Source: an uncultured Methanosarcinales archaeon
GTDB taxonomy: Archaea; Nanobdellota; Nanobdellia; Woesearchaeales; WJKL01
Reading direction: 5' to 3'
DNA: 64,000 nucleotides
NCBI GenBank assembly: GCA_964521755.1
Contig: CAZFSZ010000002.1
Location: 7,549 to 71,548, forward strand
This document shows, one piece after another, positions 50,161-59,109 of the stretch. The notes beneath the pieces are model-generated. The model had not been told where the DNA came from. It saw only the letters and a list, made by a program, of their open reading frames with translations, and did not search any database. How positions within the stretch are numbered: the first letter of the stretch is position 1; each line of letters starts with the position of its first letter. A program made the position numbers and the translations under genes.

Positions 50161-51012
50161 ATGAAAAAAATATTAATTTTATTGATTACTGGATTTATCA
50201 TAATTCTTGCTGGATGCAAAAGAACAACCCCTGATTTAGAGCCCGAGTTGATAGAATACCATAAAGGAACCCATGCACTAAAGATGAATTTTGTTGAAAA
50301 TCTCCCACCTGATGAGATTACCGAAGGAAGTGAATTTATAATAGGATTGGAATTAGAAAATAAAGGGGCTTTCGATATTGAAAATGGAGAAATTTCAATA
50401 TCTGGATATGACCAAAGCAAGATTCAAATCGATGACCCTGAAAAATACTTTAATATAGAAGGCAAAAAACCAGGGTTTCCTGAAGGCGGATATGAAATCA
50501 TGAATTTTCAGGGAAAGAATATAGATTTTCCAAAGATTAAAGAAATAGATCCAGCAAAATTGAAGATAATTGCAAGGTATGATTATCAGACAGAAGCAGG
50601 AGCAGAGGTTTGCATAAATCCTGACATATACAGCCATATAAAAACCAAAGAAAATATATGCGAGCCAAAAGAGATTACCCTATCTGATGGTCAGGGAGCG
50701 CCTGTTGCAGTGACTAAGATACAGCAGGAGCCTGTTCCTTTCGAAAACAAGATAAGGATAAAATTCAATATTTATTTGGAAAACAAAGGAGATGGAAATA
50801 TTAAAGACAACATCACAATAGATGAAGTAAGGCTTGCTAACGTACCGATAGCATGCACAAAAAAGAACATTGAATTGAAGGAGGATAAAAAGATAGAATG
50901 CTATACAGAAATACTGGCAGATGCTGGAGCATATTTGACTTCTCTTTCGATTAAATTAGATTACAAATACATATCAAGAATAAGTAAGGCAGTTCAAATA
51001 AAAAAACAATAA
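50161..51012 (+). CDS. secreted lipoprotein, paralog A of a tandem family (unknown function)
   Basis: Lipobox LAGC. Shared motifs with next two genes: ELENKGAFD, PEGGYE, SDGQGAPVAVTKIQ, and C-terminal LSIKLDYKYISRISKAVQIK. Confidence 0.55.
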   Translation: MKKILILLITGFIIILAGCKRTTPDLEPELIEYHKGTHALKMNFVENLPPDEITEGSEFIIGLELENKGAFDIENGEISISGYDQSKIQIDDPEKYFNIEGKKPGFPEGGYEIMNFQGKNIDFPKIKEIDPAKLKIIARYDYQTEAGAEVCINPDIYSHIKTKENICEPKEITLSDGQGAPVAVTKIQQEPVPFENKIRIKFNIYLENKGDGNIKDNITIDEVRLANVPIACTKKNIELKEDKKIECYTEILADAGAYLTSLSIKLDYKYISRISKAVQIKKQ

Positions 51013-51057
51013 TATTTTCCGAAAAACTTAAATAAATAATAAACGCAGTTAAATAAG

Positions 51058-51993
51058 ATGAAAAAACTACCTTTAATTTTATTTGTATTGGTTCTTACAG
51101 TTATTTGCGGCTGTAGGAGACAGCCCGGACCAGATGATGAACAAGATATCTCTAGAGATATCTATAAAGGCGCCAAAGGCCTTGAAATGAACTTTATCAA
51201 AGACATGCCTCAAAGTAGGATTTATGATACATCGGATCTAACTATCCTGCTTGAATTGGAAAACAAAGGCACTTATGATCTTTCTGGAACCAATTGTAGA
51301 TTATATCTTTCTGGATTCGATGATAAAATAATAAGGGGATTAGATAAGACCAAGATATGTTCTTCTTTTCTGGAAGGAAAAAGTCCCTTAAACCCTGAAG
51401 GCGGATATTCCACTCAACAATTTTCTACAGACCTCATCAATCTTCCTGATTATCTTGATTCGCTTAATCAAAGAATATTATTGACTGCATGCTACGAATA
51501 CAAGACAAAAGCCTCCCCTGTTGTATGTATTGACCCTAATCTTTATGAAATTGGCCCTATCGAAAGAGGGTGCACAGTAAGAGACGTCTCAGTACCGGGG
51601 GGCCAGGGAGCACCTGTTGCTGTATCAGGAGTTAATGTTGAGATGGTTGGCAAAGAAAAAGTATCTTTCAATATAAAATTATCTAATACAGGGGGAGGGA
51701 CAGTGCTAAACTCTGGAGCAGATGTATTCACTGACTGCCCTTATCAAATAAACCCAAAAGATTATAATATAGTAAGATATGAAGTTGATATGTCAGGAGG
51801 AACAAAAATAAGATGCACTCCTGAAATTGAAGGAAGTGAAAAAACTAGGCTTGTGAATAACAAAGGAACAATATATTGCACCTTTGATATTTCAGGAGAT
51901 TCAGCCTATACAACACCGTTAAGGATAACTTTAGACTATAACTATATGGATTCAATCTCAAAAGATGTTGAAATAATAAAAACACCAGGATGA
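51058..51993 (+). CDS. secreted (lipo)protein, paralog B
   Basis: Signal peptide ...LTVICGC. Motifs ELENKGTYD, NPEGGYS, VPGGQGAPVAVSGV, and C-terminal LRITLDYNYMDSISKDVEIIK. Confidence 0.55.
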   Translation: MKKLPLILFVLVLTVICGCRRQPGPDDEQDISRDIYKGAKGLEMNFIKDMPQSRIYDTSDLTILLELENKGTYDLSGTNCRLYLSGFDDKIIRGLDKTKICSSFLEGKSPLNPEGGYSTQQFSTDLINLPDYLDSLNQRILLTACYEYKTKASPVVCIDPNLYEIGPIERGCTVRDVSVPGGQGAPVAVSGVNVEMVGKEKVSFNIKLSNTGGGTVLNSGADVFTDCPYQINPKDYNIVRYEVDMSGGTKIRCTPEIEGSEKTRLVNNKGTIYCTFDISGDSAYTTPLRITLDYNYMDSISKDVEIIKTPG

Positions 51994-52018
51994 TTAAAAT
52001 TAAAAAGGAGGTTTAAAA

Positions 52019-52936
52019 ATGAGTAAAAAAATATTAGCAATGTTTATTATTGTCTTTGCAGCATTATTCATTGCAGGCTGTGAAGACGGAGAAAAAGAAA
52101 CTACTGGACCATCCCCTTATATAAGTGGAACTAAAGGCATTACTGCTGAATTTGAACCTATGGGTATTGAAGATAATGGTCTTTATTCTCTTTATGAAAA
52201 TGAAGAGTTTCCTATCCAAGTTCTCCTTAAAAACAAGGGAGAGCACGATATAGAATCTGGAGATGCTAAAGTAAAAATATATGGTATTCTTTTAGAAGAT
52301 TTTTCTGGAATAGAATCAGGAACAAAGACAAACAGCCAGGAAATAGAAAAAATTTCAGAATTCAATGAAGAAGGTGGTGAAGAAATAATTGATTTCGGGC
52401 AAAATGTAAAATATACACAGGAAATTCCCGGAACATTCTATGATTTAAATGTATTTGCTAGCTATACATACAGCTATAAAACCTATGCATCAGTCCCTAA
52501 TGTCTGCTTCAAAGAAGATCTAAGAGACGAAAGGGTATGCACTGTAGAAGAATCAAAAGATATTTTCTGCTCTGGAGCTCCGATCCAGGTAACTTCAGCA
52601 GAAGAAAAACCTGCAGGGTCTGGGATAATAGAGCTTGACTTTGAGATTGAGAATGTGGGTGGAGGAAGAGCAACAATACCTGGACAAGAATTCTCACCTC
52701 AATACGACCAAGTTGCATTCACTATAGAACCAGAAACAGAAAGAAATAAATGGCTCTGCAGAGCAGGAGCAAGGGAAAATGAAGCAAGGCTAATTGATGA
52801 TAAATCCACTATTAGATGTAAGCTAAGAGAGCCTCTGGAAGAAGATGCTTTATACACAAAAGCAATTGGTTTAACCCTAAGCTATGACTACAGAGATATA
52901 ATTCAACAAAAAATTAGGATAGAAAAAGAAATTTAA
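52019..52936 (+). CDS. secreted lipoprotein, paralog C
   Basis: Lipobox FIAGC. Motifs LLKNKGEHD, NEEGGEE, CSGAPIQVTSAEEKP, and C-terminal IGLTLSYDYRDIIQQKIRIEK. Confidence 0.55.
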   Translation: MSKKILAMFIIVFAALFIAGCEDGEKETTGPSPYISGTKGITAEFEPMGIEDNGLYSLYENEEFPIQVLLKNKGEHDIESGDAKVKIYGILLEDFSGIESGTKTNSQEIEKISEFNEEGGEEIIDFGQNVKYTQEIPGTFYDLNVFASYTYSYKTYASVPNVCFKEDLRDERVCTVEESKDIFCSGAPIQVTSAEEKPAGSGIIELDFEIENVGGGRATIPGQEFSPQYDQVAFTIEPETERNKWLCRAGARENEARLIDDKSTIRCKLREPLEEDALYTKAIGLTLSYDYRDIIQQKIRIEKEI

Positions 52937-52978
52937 TTTCTTTTTTGATGTTTTTTTCTTTTTGTTTTTTATTAATTT

Positions 52979-53950
52979 TTATTCCTTAGAACCAGCTAAC
53001 CCTACTTGGCTTAACAAAGCCTCTAACTGAATATATTCATCACTGCCTTCAGTCATCCTAAACTCAATCTCTCCGCATTTATCTATCAGATTCATCTTCT
53101 TTCTTCCATCCATATCTAAATTCCATATCTCTTTCTGTATCTGTTTTACAACATCCAGTCCGCTTAATCCGTAATTCAGCATTACATCCAACATCTTTTT
53201 CCTTGCTTCAATAAATTTATTTTCCAAGGCTAAATCTAAAAACTCCTTAACTTCCTTAGGCTTTGCTACTGAAGCCAAAGAAAAAACAATCTCTTCGGTT
53301 ATATTTTCAGATATAGAAGCGCAGCTTTGAAGTATGTTCTCTACTCTTCTGCAGTCTCCTTCGCTTATAACATACAAAGCCTCCTTTGCTTTCTCATCAA
53401 TCTTTAGATTCTCCTCTCCGATAATCTTGTCTATTATCTCAAAAACATTTTTTTTAGGAAGAAGCTTAAATCTAAAAACTGCACATCTTGACTGTATCGG
53501 GTCAATAATCTTAGAAGAATAATTACAGCTTAAGATAAACCTCGTTGTCCTTGTAAAATTCTCCATTGTCCTTCTTAAGGCCTGTTGAGCCTCTTTAGTT
53601 AATGCATCACACTCATCCAGATAGATTATCTTAAAAGGAACATCTCCAATTGCTCTGGTTCTTGCAAAATCCTTGACCTTGTGTCTTATGATATCTATGC
53701 CTCTTTCATCAGAAGCATTTAATTCAAGAAAATTCTGTCTCCAGCTTTCACCAAATAGCTGCCTTGCTATTACCAAAGCCAAAGTTGTCTTTCCGATGCC
53801 TGCAGGTCCTGCAAACATCAGATGAGGCATATTCTTCTTCTCAACAAAAGAACTGACTCTTTTGACTATCTCCTCCTGACCTTTAACTTCTTCAAAGGTT
53901 TCAGGCCTGTATTTTTCAGTCCATATTGCTGTATTTGTTTTCTTTTCCAT
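52979..53950 (-). CDS. rfcS: replication factor C small subunit
   Basis: Walker A GPAGIGKTT, DECD (DEAD-like) box, SRC motif in ...IIDPIQSRCAVFRF; archaeal RFC-S pattern. Confidence 0.9.
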   Translation of the reverse strand: MEKKTNTAIWTEKYRPETFEEVKGQEEIVKRVSSFVEKKNMPHLMFAGPAGIGKTTLALVIARQLFGESWRQNFLELNASDERGIDIIRHKVKDFARTRAIGDVPFKIIYLDECDALTKEAQQALRRTMENFTRTTRFILSCNYSSKIIDPIQSRCAVFRFKLLPKKNVFEIIDKIIGEENLKIDEKAKEALYVISEGDCRRVENILQSCASISENITEEIVFSLASVAKPKEVKEFLDLALENKFIEARKKMLDVMLNYGLSGLDVVKQIQKEIWNLDMDGRKKMNLIDKCGEIEFRMTEGSDEYIQLEALLSQVGLAGSKE

Positions 53951-54040
53951 TTCGCCCCCTAATAATCCATAATATATACAAAATTATAACTATGTTATTA
54001 ATAACTAGAAAAAGAGTTGTAATTAAAAAAGTTTTGTTTT

Positions 54041-54304
54041 TTAGATAATATCTTCTTCAGAAACGACCATAAAGTCTCCTGTAGCAATTACTGCAGAGAA
54101 TGGGATCAATATATTGCCTTCTTTATCCTTTTCCAGCTCTAATTTTTCAGTATAAGGGGTCGGACTAGACAAAACCAGATGAATCAATTCACCGCTTCTA
54201 GTTTCGAAGATTACATCTCCAACTTCTCCAAATCTCTTTCCTGTCTTGCTTACAACCGTCTTTCCGAGCAAATCTTTTGAATATTTTTTTTCGTCTTTAG
54301 TCAT
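54041..54304 (-). CDS. PRC-barrel domain protein (CdpB-like small PRC protein)
   Basis: LLGKTVVSKTGKRFGEVGDVIFETRSGELIHLVL...ILIPFSAVIATGDFMVV is the classic PRC-barrel pattern in an 87-aa protein. Confidence 0.6.
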   Translation of the reverse strand: MTKDEKKYSKDLLGKTVVSKTGKRFGEVGDVIFETRSGELIHLVLSSPTPYTEKLELEKDKEGNILIPFSAVIATGDFMVVSEEDII

Positions 54305-54457
54305 TTTATAAAACCCCTTGTTATTTTTATCATTAAAAGATGATATTTTATTGAGTAGTGCAATTGATATTTAAAGTTTTTTATTTTGAAGAAGATTTTA
54401 GAAAGATTTAAATAGCTTAAAAAAGAAATCTAGATAAAAAGAGGTGCTGATTATAAC

Positions 54458-55903
54458 ATGCCGTCCCGTGATATGTCTAAAATAGCTTCAAGACCTGGCT
54501 TAGACGTTAAAAAAGTAAGCTGGCTTGAGCTTTTCTTTGATTTGCTTTTTGCGCTTGCTTTGGCAATGTCTGCAAAAAAGCTTGAACATATATATGGCAG
54601 CACTGTGAGTCCTTGGATGGCTTTTACACAGTTCATATTGATCTTTGTGTTTCTTATTATCTTTTGGTACAGGCATATGGCCCTTGTTAACAGGTTCAAA
54701 AGATCTTCATTTTTATCAGAAATGATAACATTGTTTATCGGATTTTTGGTTATTATATTTACTCAGTTTATAAGGATATGGGGAGTAAATCCTGTAGTGG
54801 GAAGCTATCTTGCCACGATAACAATTTTCCTTATAGCATTGTCAACTGCATTTCTTTATTTTTTCTTTTCACTTAGGATATCAGATGGTGGAGAAAACGA
54901 GAAAAAATGGGCAAGGGCTTCTGCAAAAAACATGCTTTGGGAATCAATAGGTTATTTTAGTGCATTGATCGCTACTCCTGCGATAAGGCCTTTTTGGTTT
55001 ATTATTGTGTTCATATATTTTAATAAATATCCTTTTATTACCTGGATCAATCCAAAAGCAAAACCCAATATTCCTCCTGAACTTCAAAATGTACCTCAAG
55101 AAAATATACCTCACAAATCTGAAAGGATAGGTCTTTTTTCTTTGTTAGTTTATGGCCTGCTTCTTGTGCTGGCTGCTACCCCTCTTATGGATATAGATTT
55201 ATCTTCATCAGAGGGAATCTTGATTCCCATATTGATGTTCGGAAAGCTGCTTTTCTTTATATCTGTAATATGGTATATCCATTATAGGCTGTTTGAATTG
55301 GCTCAGCCAAAAGGGCACCAGTTTACCGCTATGAATTTTATAATCCTAGCTTTGCTTGTAGCTGCCACCCAGTTTATCAGGATCTTGCTTGTTGAACCTT
55401 CAGTATTCGTTTCGATTGTCTTTGCTGTAACTGCAGGATTATTATTGAGTGTTATGGGAACCATATATTGGAATATAAAAAAGATGGCTGGAAATCCCCC
55501 TTCAGATCCGTTGATGATGGCTTTCAGAAGGTGGGCTTATTTCTTATATATAGCTGCCACTGCTTTCTTTGTATCCATCGTTTTCTTTAAACAGCAGCAG
55601 ATAATGCTGCTAATATGGGAGGGAATATTGGTTATAGCATTCCTTGGATTGCTTATCGACCGTGGATTGAATGCTAATTATTATATGGGATCTAGTCTAA
55701 AAGTCAAGAGAAAAGTACTTGACCACCCAACTGTATCTGGACTTTCATTCATATTTATGGGCATACTTATCTTTTTTGTTCTGACTATCCTGCTTGAAAA
55801 ACCTTTAACAAGCTGGTGGATATTTGTCTGGATTTCTCCAGCAGTTGTTGGTTTCTTTATGCTGCTGAACCACTGGCTTTTCAAAAGAATAAAACCAAAT
55901 TAA
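54458..55903 (+). CDS. LtrA-family (low temperature requirement A-like) polytopic membrane protein
   Basis: The N-terminal KVSWLELFFDLLFALALAM matches the LtrA hallmark (S/TWLELFFDLVFV); ~10 TM. Confidence 0.55.
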   Translation: MPSRDMSKIASRPGLDVKKVSWLELFFDLLFALALAMSAKKLEHIYGSTVSPWMAFTQFILIFVFLIIFWYRHMALVNRFKRSSFLSEMITLFIGFLVIIFTQFIRIWGVNPVVGSYLATITIFLIALSTAFLYFFFSLRISDGGENEKKWARASAKNMLWESIGYFSALIATPAIRPFWFIIVFIYFNKYPFITWINPKAKPNIPPELQNVPQENIPHKSERIGLFSLLVYGLLLVLAATPLMDIDLSSSEGILIPILMFGKLLFFISVIWYIHYRLFELAQPKGHQFTAMNFIILALLVAATQFIRILLVEPSVFVSIVFAVTAGLLLSVMGTIYWNIKKMAGNPPSDPLMMAFRRWAYFLYIAATAFFVSIVFFKQQQIMLLIWEGILVIAFLGLLIDRGLNANYYMGSSLKVKRKVLDHPTVSGLSFIFMGILIFFVLTILLEKPLTSWWIFVWISPAVVGFFMLLNHWLFKRIKPN

Positions 55904-55904
55904 A

Positions 55905-56858
55905 ATGCTTGATATATTTTATTTAGATAAGAATAAAAAATTAAAAAAAGGCAAAGTTGAAGATTTGACTAAGTTAAAGAACAAAAAGATATGGGTTGAT
56001 GCTGTAAAGATAACAAAATCCGAGACAAAACTCCTTAAAAAATTGTTTGACTTTCATTCTGTAACTATGGAAGACTTAAACACGTCCCATGGACGTATCA
56101 AAGTTGAACAATTTCCCCATTATCTTTTCTGTACATTCTATGGCCTGGAAAAAAAAGAGAATCACAAGATAAATCTCCTTCCGATGGATTTTGTTCTTGG
56201 AAATAAACTTGTGATCAGTTCCCATATATATAAGATAGAAAGTTATGAAAAGATAAAGAAAAAAGAAGATTTACTGGAATATCTTATGAAAAAAGGTGTT
56301 TATATGATCTTCCACAGGCTGCTTGATGAAGAAATTGACAATTTCTTCCCAGTCCTTGAAGAGATAGATGATGAACTGGAAGAATTAGATGATCAGCTTA
56401 CAAAAAAAGCGAATAGAAACATGCTTAAAAATATATTAAAGATAAAAAAGAAGATTGTAGGAATCAAAAAAATGACATTTCCCCAAAGAGAAAAGATTTC
56501 ATTTTTGTCAAGAAGACGATATAAATTTATTCCTGAAAAATCATTGCCTTATTTCAGAGATCTTTACGATCATGCAATATGGGTCTCAGATGTTGTAGAA
56601 AACCACAGAGAAGCCATAGCTGGAACATTTGATGCATATATGACTGCAATCTCTAATGAGATGAATGAGGTGATGAAGGTCTTGTCTATAATTGCCACTA
56701 TTGCTCTTCCAATGACTGTAGTCTCTGGAATATATGGGACAAACTTCATAAACCTCCCTGGATCTGAAGCCCAAAATGGATTCTGGATAATGGTACTTAT
56801 ACTCGGTTTTATGGGTGTAATTATGATTATATTCTTTAAAGAAAGAAAATGGTTCTAG
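55905..56858 (+). CDS. corA: CorA-family divalent cation transporter (GTN variant of GMN motif)
   Basis: Cytoplasmic alpha/beta domain plus two C-terminal TMs with YGTNF between them, as in CorA family members. Ends ...FKERKWF. Confidence 0.6.
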   Translation: MLDIFYLDKNKKLKKGKVEDLTKLKNKKIWVDAVKITKSETKLLKKLFDFHSVTMEDLNTSHGRIKVEQFPHYLFCTFYGLEKKENHKINLLPMDFVLGNKLVISSHIYKIESYEKIKKKEDLLEYLMKKGVYMIFHRLLDEEIDNFFPVLEEIDDELEELDDQLTKKANRNMLKNILKIKKKIVGIKKMTFPQREKISFLSRRRYKFIPEKSLPYFRDLYDHAIWVSDVVENHREAIAGTFDAYMTAISNEMNEVMKVLSIIATIALPMTVVSGIYGTNFINLPGSEAQNGFWIMVLILGFMGVIMIIFFKERKWF

Positions 56859-56868
56859 TTGTTTATTT

Positions 56869-57729
56869 TTATTTTGTTCTTTTTTCTAATAATCCTTTGA
56901 GAGAATCTTCATCAAAACACTGCTTTTTCAGACCGCATTTACAGCATTTGTTTTGGTTCTCTGTTCTTTTTGGGATTTTATTCTCTTCTAATAATCTTCT
57001 GACCTTATCCTTTAGTTCTTTTACTTCTTCTTTTAAAAAAGGATTTATCACCACCTGTCTTCTTTCATCAGGATCAAGATAATGGATAAAGGCTTCTTCT
57101 ATCTTTTTGCCGTACTTCTCTTCCATCATTAAAGCATATGCTCCTATCTGAACCCTGTGACCGGGCCATACCCCTTCCTTAGGCATACTCCCTGTCTTTA
57201 ATTCTACAGGCACATAACCTTCAGGATAAATCTCTATCTTGTCTACAATCCCTTTTAATTCAAGTTCATCTGAAGCTATCTTTTTTTCAGATTCAACTTT
57301 GGGAACCAAATTGTCCCATAATTCAACCCCATACAGGTTAGATTTAACAATAAATTTGTATATGTTTAATGCTCTTATCTCACTTTCTCTCTTAAAAAAA
57401 GGCCATATCTCATGATATGCATCGATCAAAGGAAGCTTGATGTTCCTTAACCTGTATTTGTTCTTTGTAATGGATTTTCTTAATAAAGCAGAATAAGTCT
57501 TTGCATATCTGTTATAGATATCTTCAAATTCATCTCCTTTTTTGATACTTGAAACAATTCTTTCTTCTACCTTGTTTGCCTCGTCATAAGTCTCATGCCT
57601 TATGCTGCCCTTTACTAAAGCTGCTTTTTCAGGCTCAAACAGCCCTAAAACCCTCTCTAAAAACAACTTTCTAGCGCAGTATAGGTAAGAACTTAACATA
57701 GTAACAGATATTCTTCTCTTTCTAGCCAT
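56869..57729 (-). CDS. Cas4-like PD-(D/E)xK nuclease with C-terminal Fe-S Cys cluster (DUF83/RecB family), standalone
   Basis: N-terminal SSYLYCARKLFL (Cas4 YxCPRKhWL-like). GIVDKIEIYPEGYVPVELKTG gives the D...ExK core. RVQIGAYALMM is the QhxxY motif. C-terminal CCKCGLKKQC gives the Cx2Cx5C pattern. Confidence 0.65.
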   Translation of the reverse strand: MARKRRISVTMLSSYLYCARKLFLERVLGLFEPEKAALVKGSIRHETYDEANKVEERIVSSIKKGDEFEDIYNRYAKTYSALLRKSITKNKYRLRNIKLPLIDAYHEIWPFFKRESEIRALNIYKFIVKSNLYGVELWDNLVPKVESEKKIASDELELKGIVDKIEIYPEGYVPVELKTGSMPKEGVWPGHRVQIGAYALMMEEKYGKKIEEAFIHYLDPDERRQVVINPFLKEEVKELKDKVRRLLEENKIPKRTENQNKCCKCGLKKQCFDEDSLKGLLEKRTK

Positions 57730-57772
57730 ATAAAATTATTAAAATCTTTGATTTATATAGCTTATGGGTAAA

Positions 57773-57842
57773 TGTCCAGTGACCAGTGGTTATCTGGACT
57801 CTTACGCTCTGTCCAGTGACCAGTGGTTATCTGGACTCCTAC
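57773..57842. repeat. two tandem copies of a ~33-nt hairpin-forming repeat (TGTCCAGTGACCAGTGGTTATCTGGACTC..TAC)
   Basis: Exact 29-nt cores at 57773-57801 and 57810-57838, period 37. Each contains the inverted repeat GTCCAG...CTGGAC. Lies 45-115 nt upstream of the Cas4-like gene start. Confidence 0.85.
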
Positions 57843-58098
57843 CCTTATATATTAAATTATAAAATCAAAACAATAAATCTTAAGTTTGCATTGAAAAGTT
57901 CTCCGTCTGTGTTAGGTGCCTGCACGATGTGCGACTCTTCGCTATTGCCAATTATTGCACAGCAATAATGGCATGGTCAGACGTAGCTGGCTGGGTTGCC
58001 ATACTTTAGTGGGGCGTTCCAGTCAGCGAAGTATGAAAATTTTCAATGCGACCATCTTAAAGAAACCTTTTTATACTATTTGCCTAAATAATACTTTA

Positions 58099-59109
58099 AT
58101 GGATATCAAAGAAAAATTGGACCTGATAAAAAGAAACACCCAGGAGATTGTTACAGAAAAAGAACTAGAAAAACTTCTAAAGACAAAAAAACAGCCTTCT
58201 GTTTACTTGGGGGTTTCTATAACTGGAAAACCTCATATCGGTTATTTTATGTGGGTTCTGAAACTTTCTGATTTTCTTAAAGCTGGATTCAATGTAAAAC
58301 TTTTGCTTGCAGATATTCATGGAGCCCTGGACAACACCCCGTGGGATTTGCTTGAAAACAGGTTAAAATATTATTCAATCGTGATTCCCGCCATGTTTAA
58401 ATCGATAGGCGCTGATATAAAGAACTTTGAGATTGTAAAGGGCTCTGATTTTCAGCTAGGTAAGAAATACACGATGGATGTATTGAAGATTGCTACTTAT
58501 GCTTCTGTACATGATTGTAAAAAAGCTTCTTCAGATGTAGTAAAGCAGGCAGAGTCTCCAAAATTATCTGGTCTTATATATCCCATAATGCAGGCACTGG
58601 ATGAGGAGTATCTCAAGGTAGACATACAGTACGGCGGAATAGATCAAAGAAAGATATTGATGTTTGCCAGAGAATATCTTCCCAAGATAGACTACAGACC
58701 TAGAATTGAGGTGATGACCCCTTTGATTCCAGGACTTACTGCCTCAGGAAAGATGTCTGCCTCAGAAAAATCTTCAAAAATAGATCTGCTTGATTCAGAA
58801 AAAGATATCAAGAAAAAGATTAACTCAGCATACTGTCCTGAAGGAGAAATTAAAGAAAATGGTGTTTTAGCTTTTGTGAAACATGTAATATTCATGATTA
58901 AAGAAGATTTCATAATAAACCGCCCTGAAAAATGGGGAGGGGATCTTTCCTACAAAAACTACAAAGAGCTTGAAAAAGACTACAAAGAAAAAAAGCTGCA
59001 CCCTATGGATCTTAAACAAGCATTGGCAAAAGAGATCAATGAATTGGTAAAACCAATAAGAAAAGCTGTTAAAGGAAAAGAATCATTGATAAAAAAAGCA
59101 TATCCATAA
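58099..59109 (+). CDS. tyrS: tyrosine--tRNA ligase (archaeal/eukaryotic type)
   Basis: Class I pattern: ...YLGVSITGKPHIGYF (HIGH-like) and KMSASEKSS (KMSKS). The ORF-track start 57916 is an upstream in-frame extension; the true start is likely MDIKEKL at 58099. Confidence 0.85.
   Translation: MDIKEKLDLIKRNTQEIVTEKELEKLLKTKKQPSVYLGVSITGKPHIGYFMWVLKLSDFLKAGFNVKLLLADIHGALDNTPWDLLENRLKYYSIVIPAMFKSIGADIKNFEIVKGSDFQLGKKYTMDVLKIATYASVHDCKKASSDVVKQAESPKLSGLIYPIMQALDEEYLKVDIQYGGIDQRKILMFAREYLPKIDYRPRIEVMTPLIPGLTASGKMSASEKSSKIDLLDSEKDIKKKINSAYCPEGEIKENGVLAFVKHVIFMIKEDFIINRPEKWGGDLSYKNYKELEKDYKEKKLHPMDLKQALAKEINELVKPIRKAVKGKESLIKKAYP

Noticed and set aside
57773-57842. Tandem 29-33-nt repeats next to a Cas4-like gene considered as a mini-CRISPR array
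   Set aside because: Only two copies, with a 4-8-nt gap between them (period 37), far too short for CRISPR spacers. No cas1 or cas2 and no leader-like AT tract with further repeats.
57900-58045. GC-rich element considered as SRP RNA or a tRNA or split-tRNA half
   Set aside because: No GGUUCGAAU-like T-loop, no acceptor or anticodon pairing, and none of the SRP RNA helix-8 motifs could be found. Left as an unassigned structured element.
57916-58098. N-terminal 61 codons of the 397-aa tyrS ORF (MPARCATLRYCQLL...)
   Set aside because: The Cys/Arg/Trp-rich, GC-rich translation is unlike any protein in this genome and unlike TyrRS. The conserved TyrRS N-terminus begins at MDIKEKL (58099), and the region more likely encodes a structured RNA or regulatory DNA.
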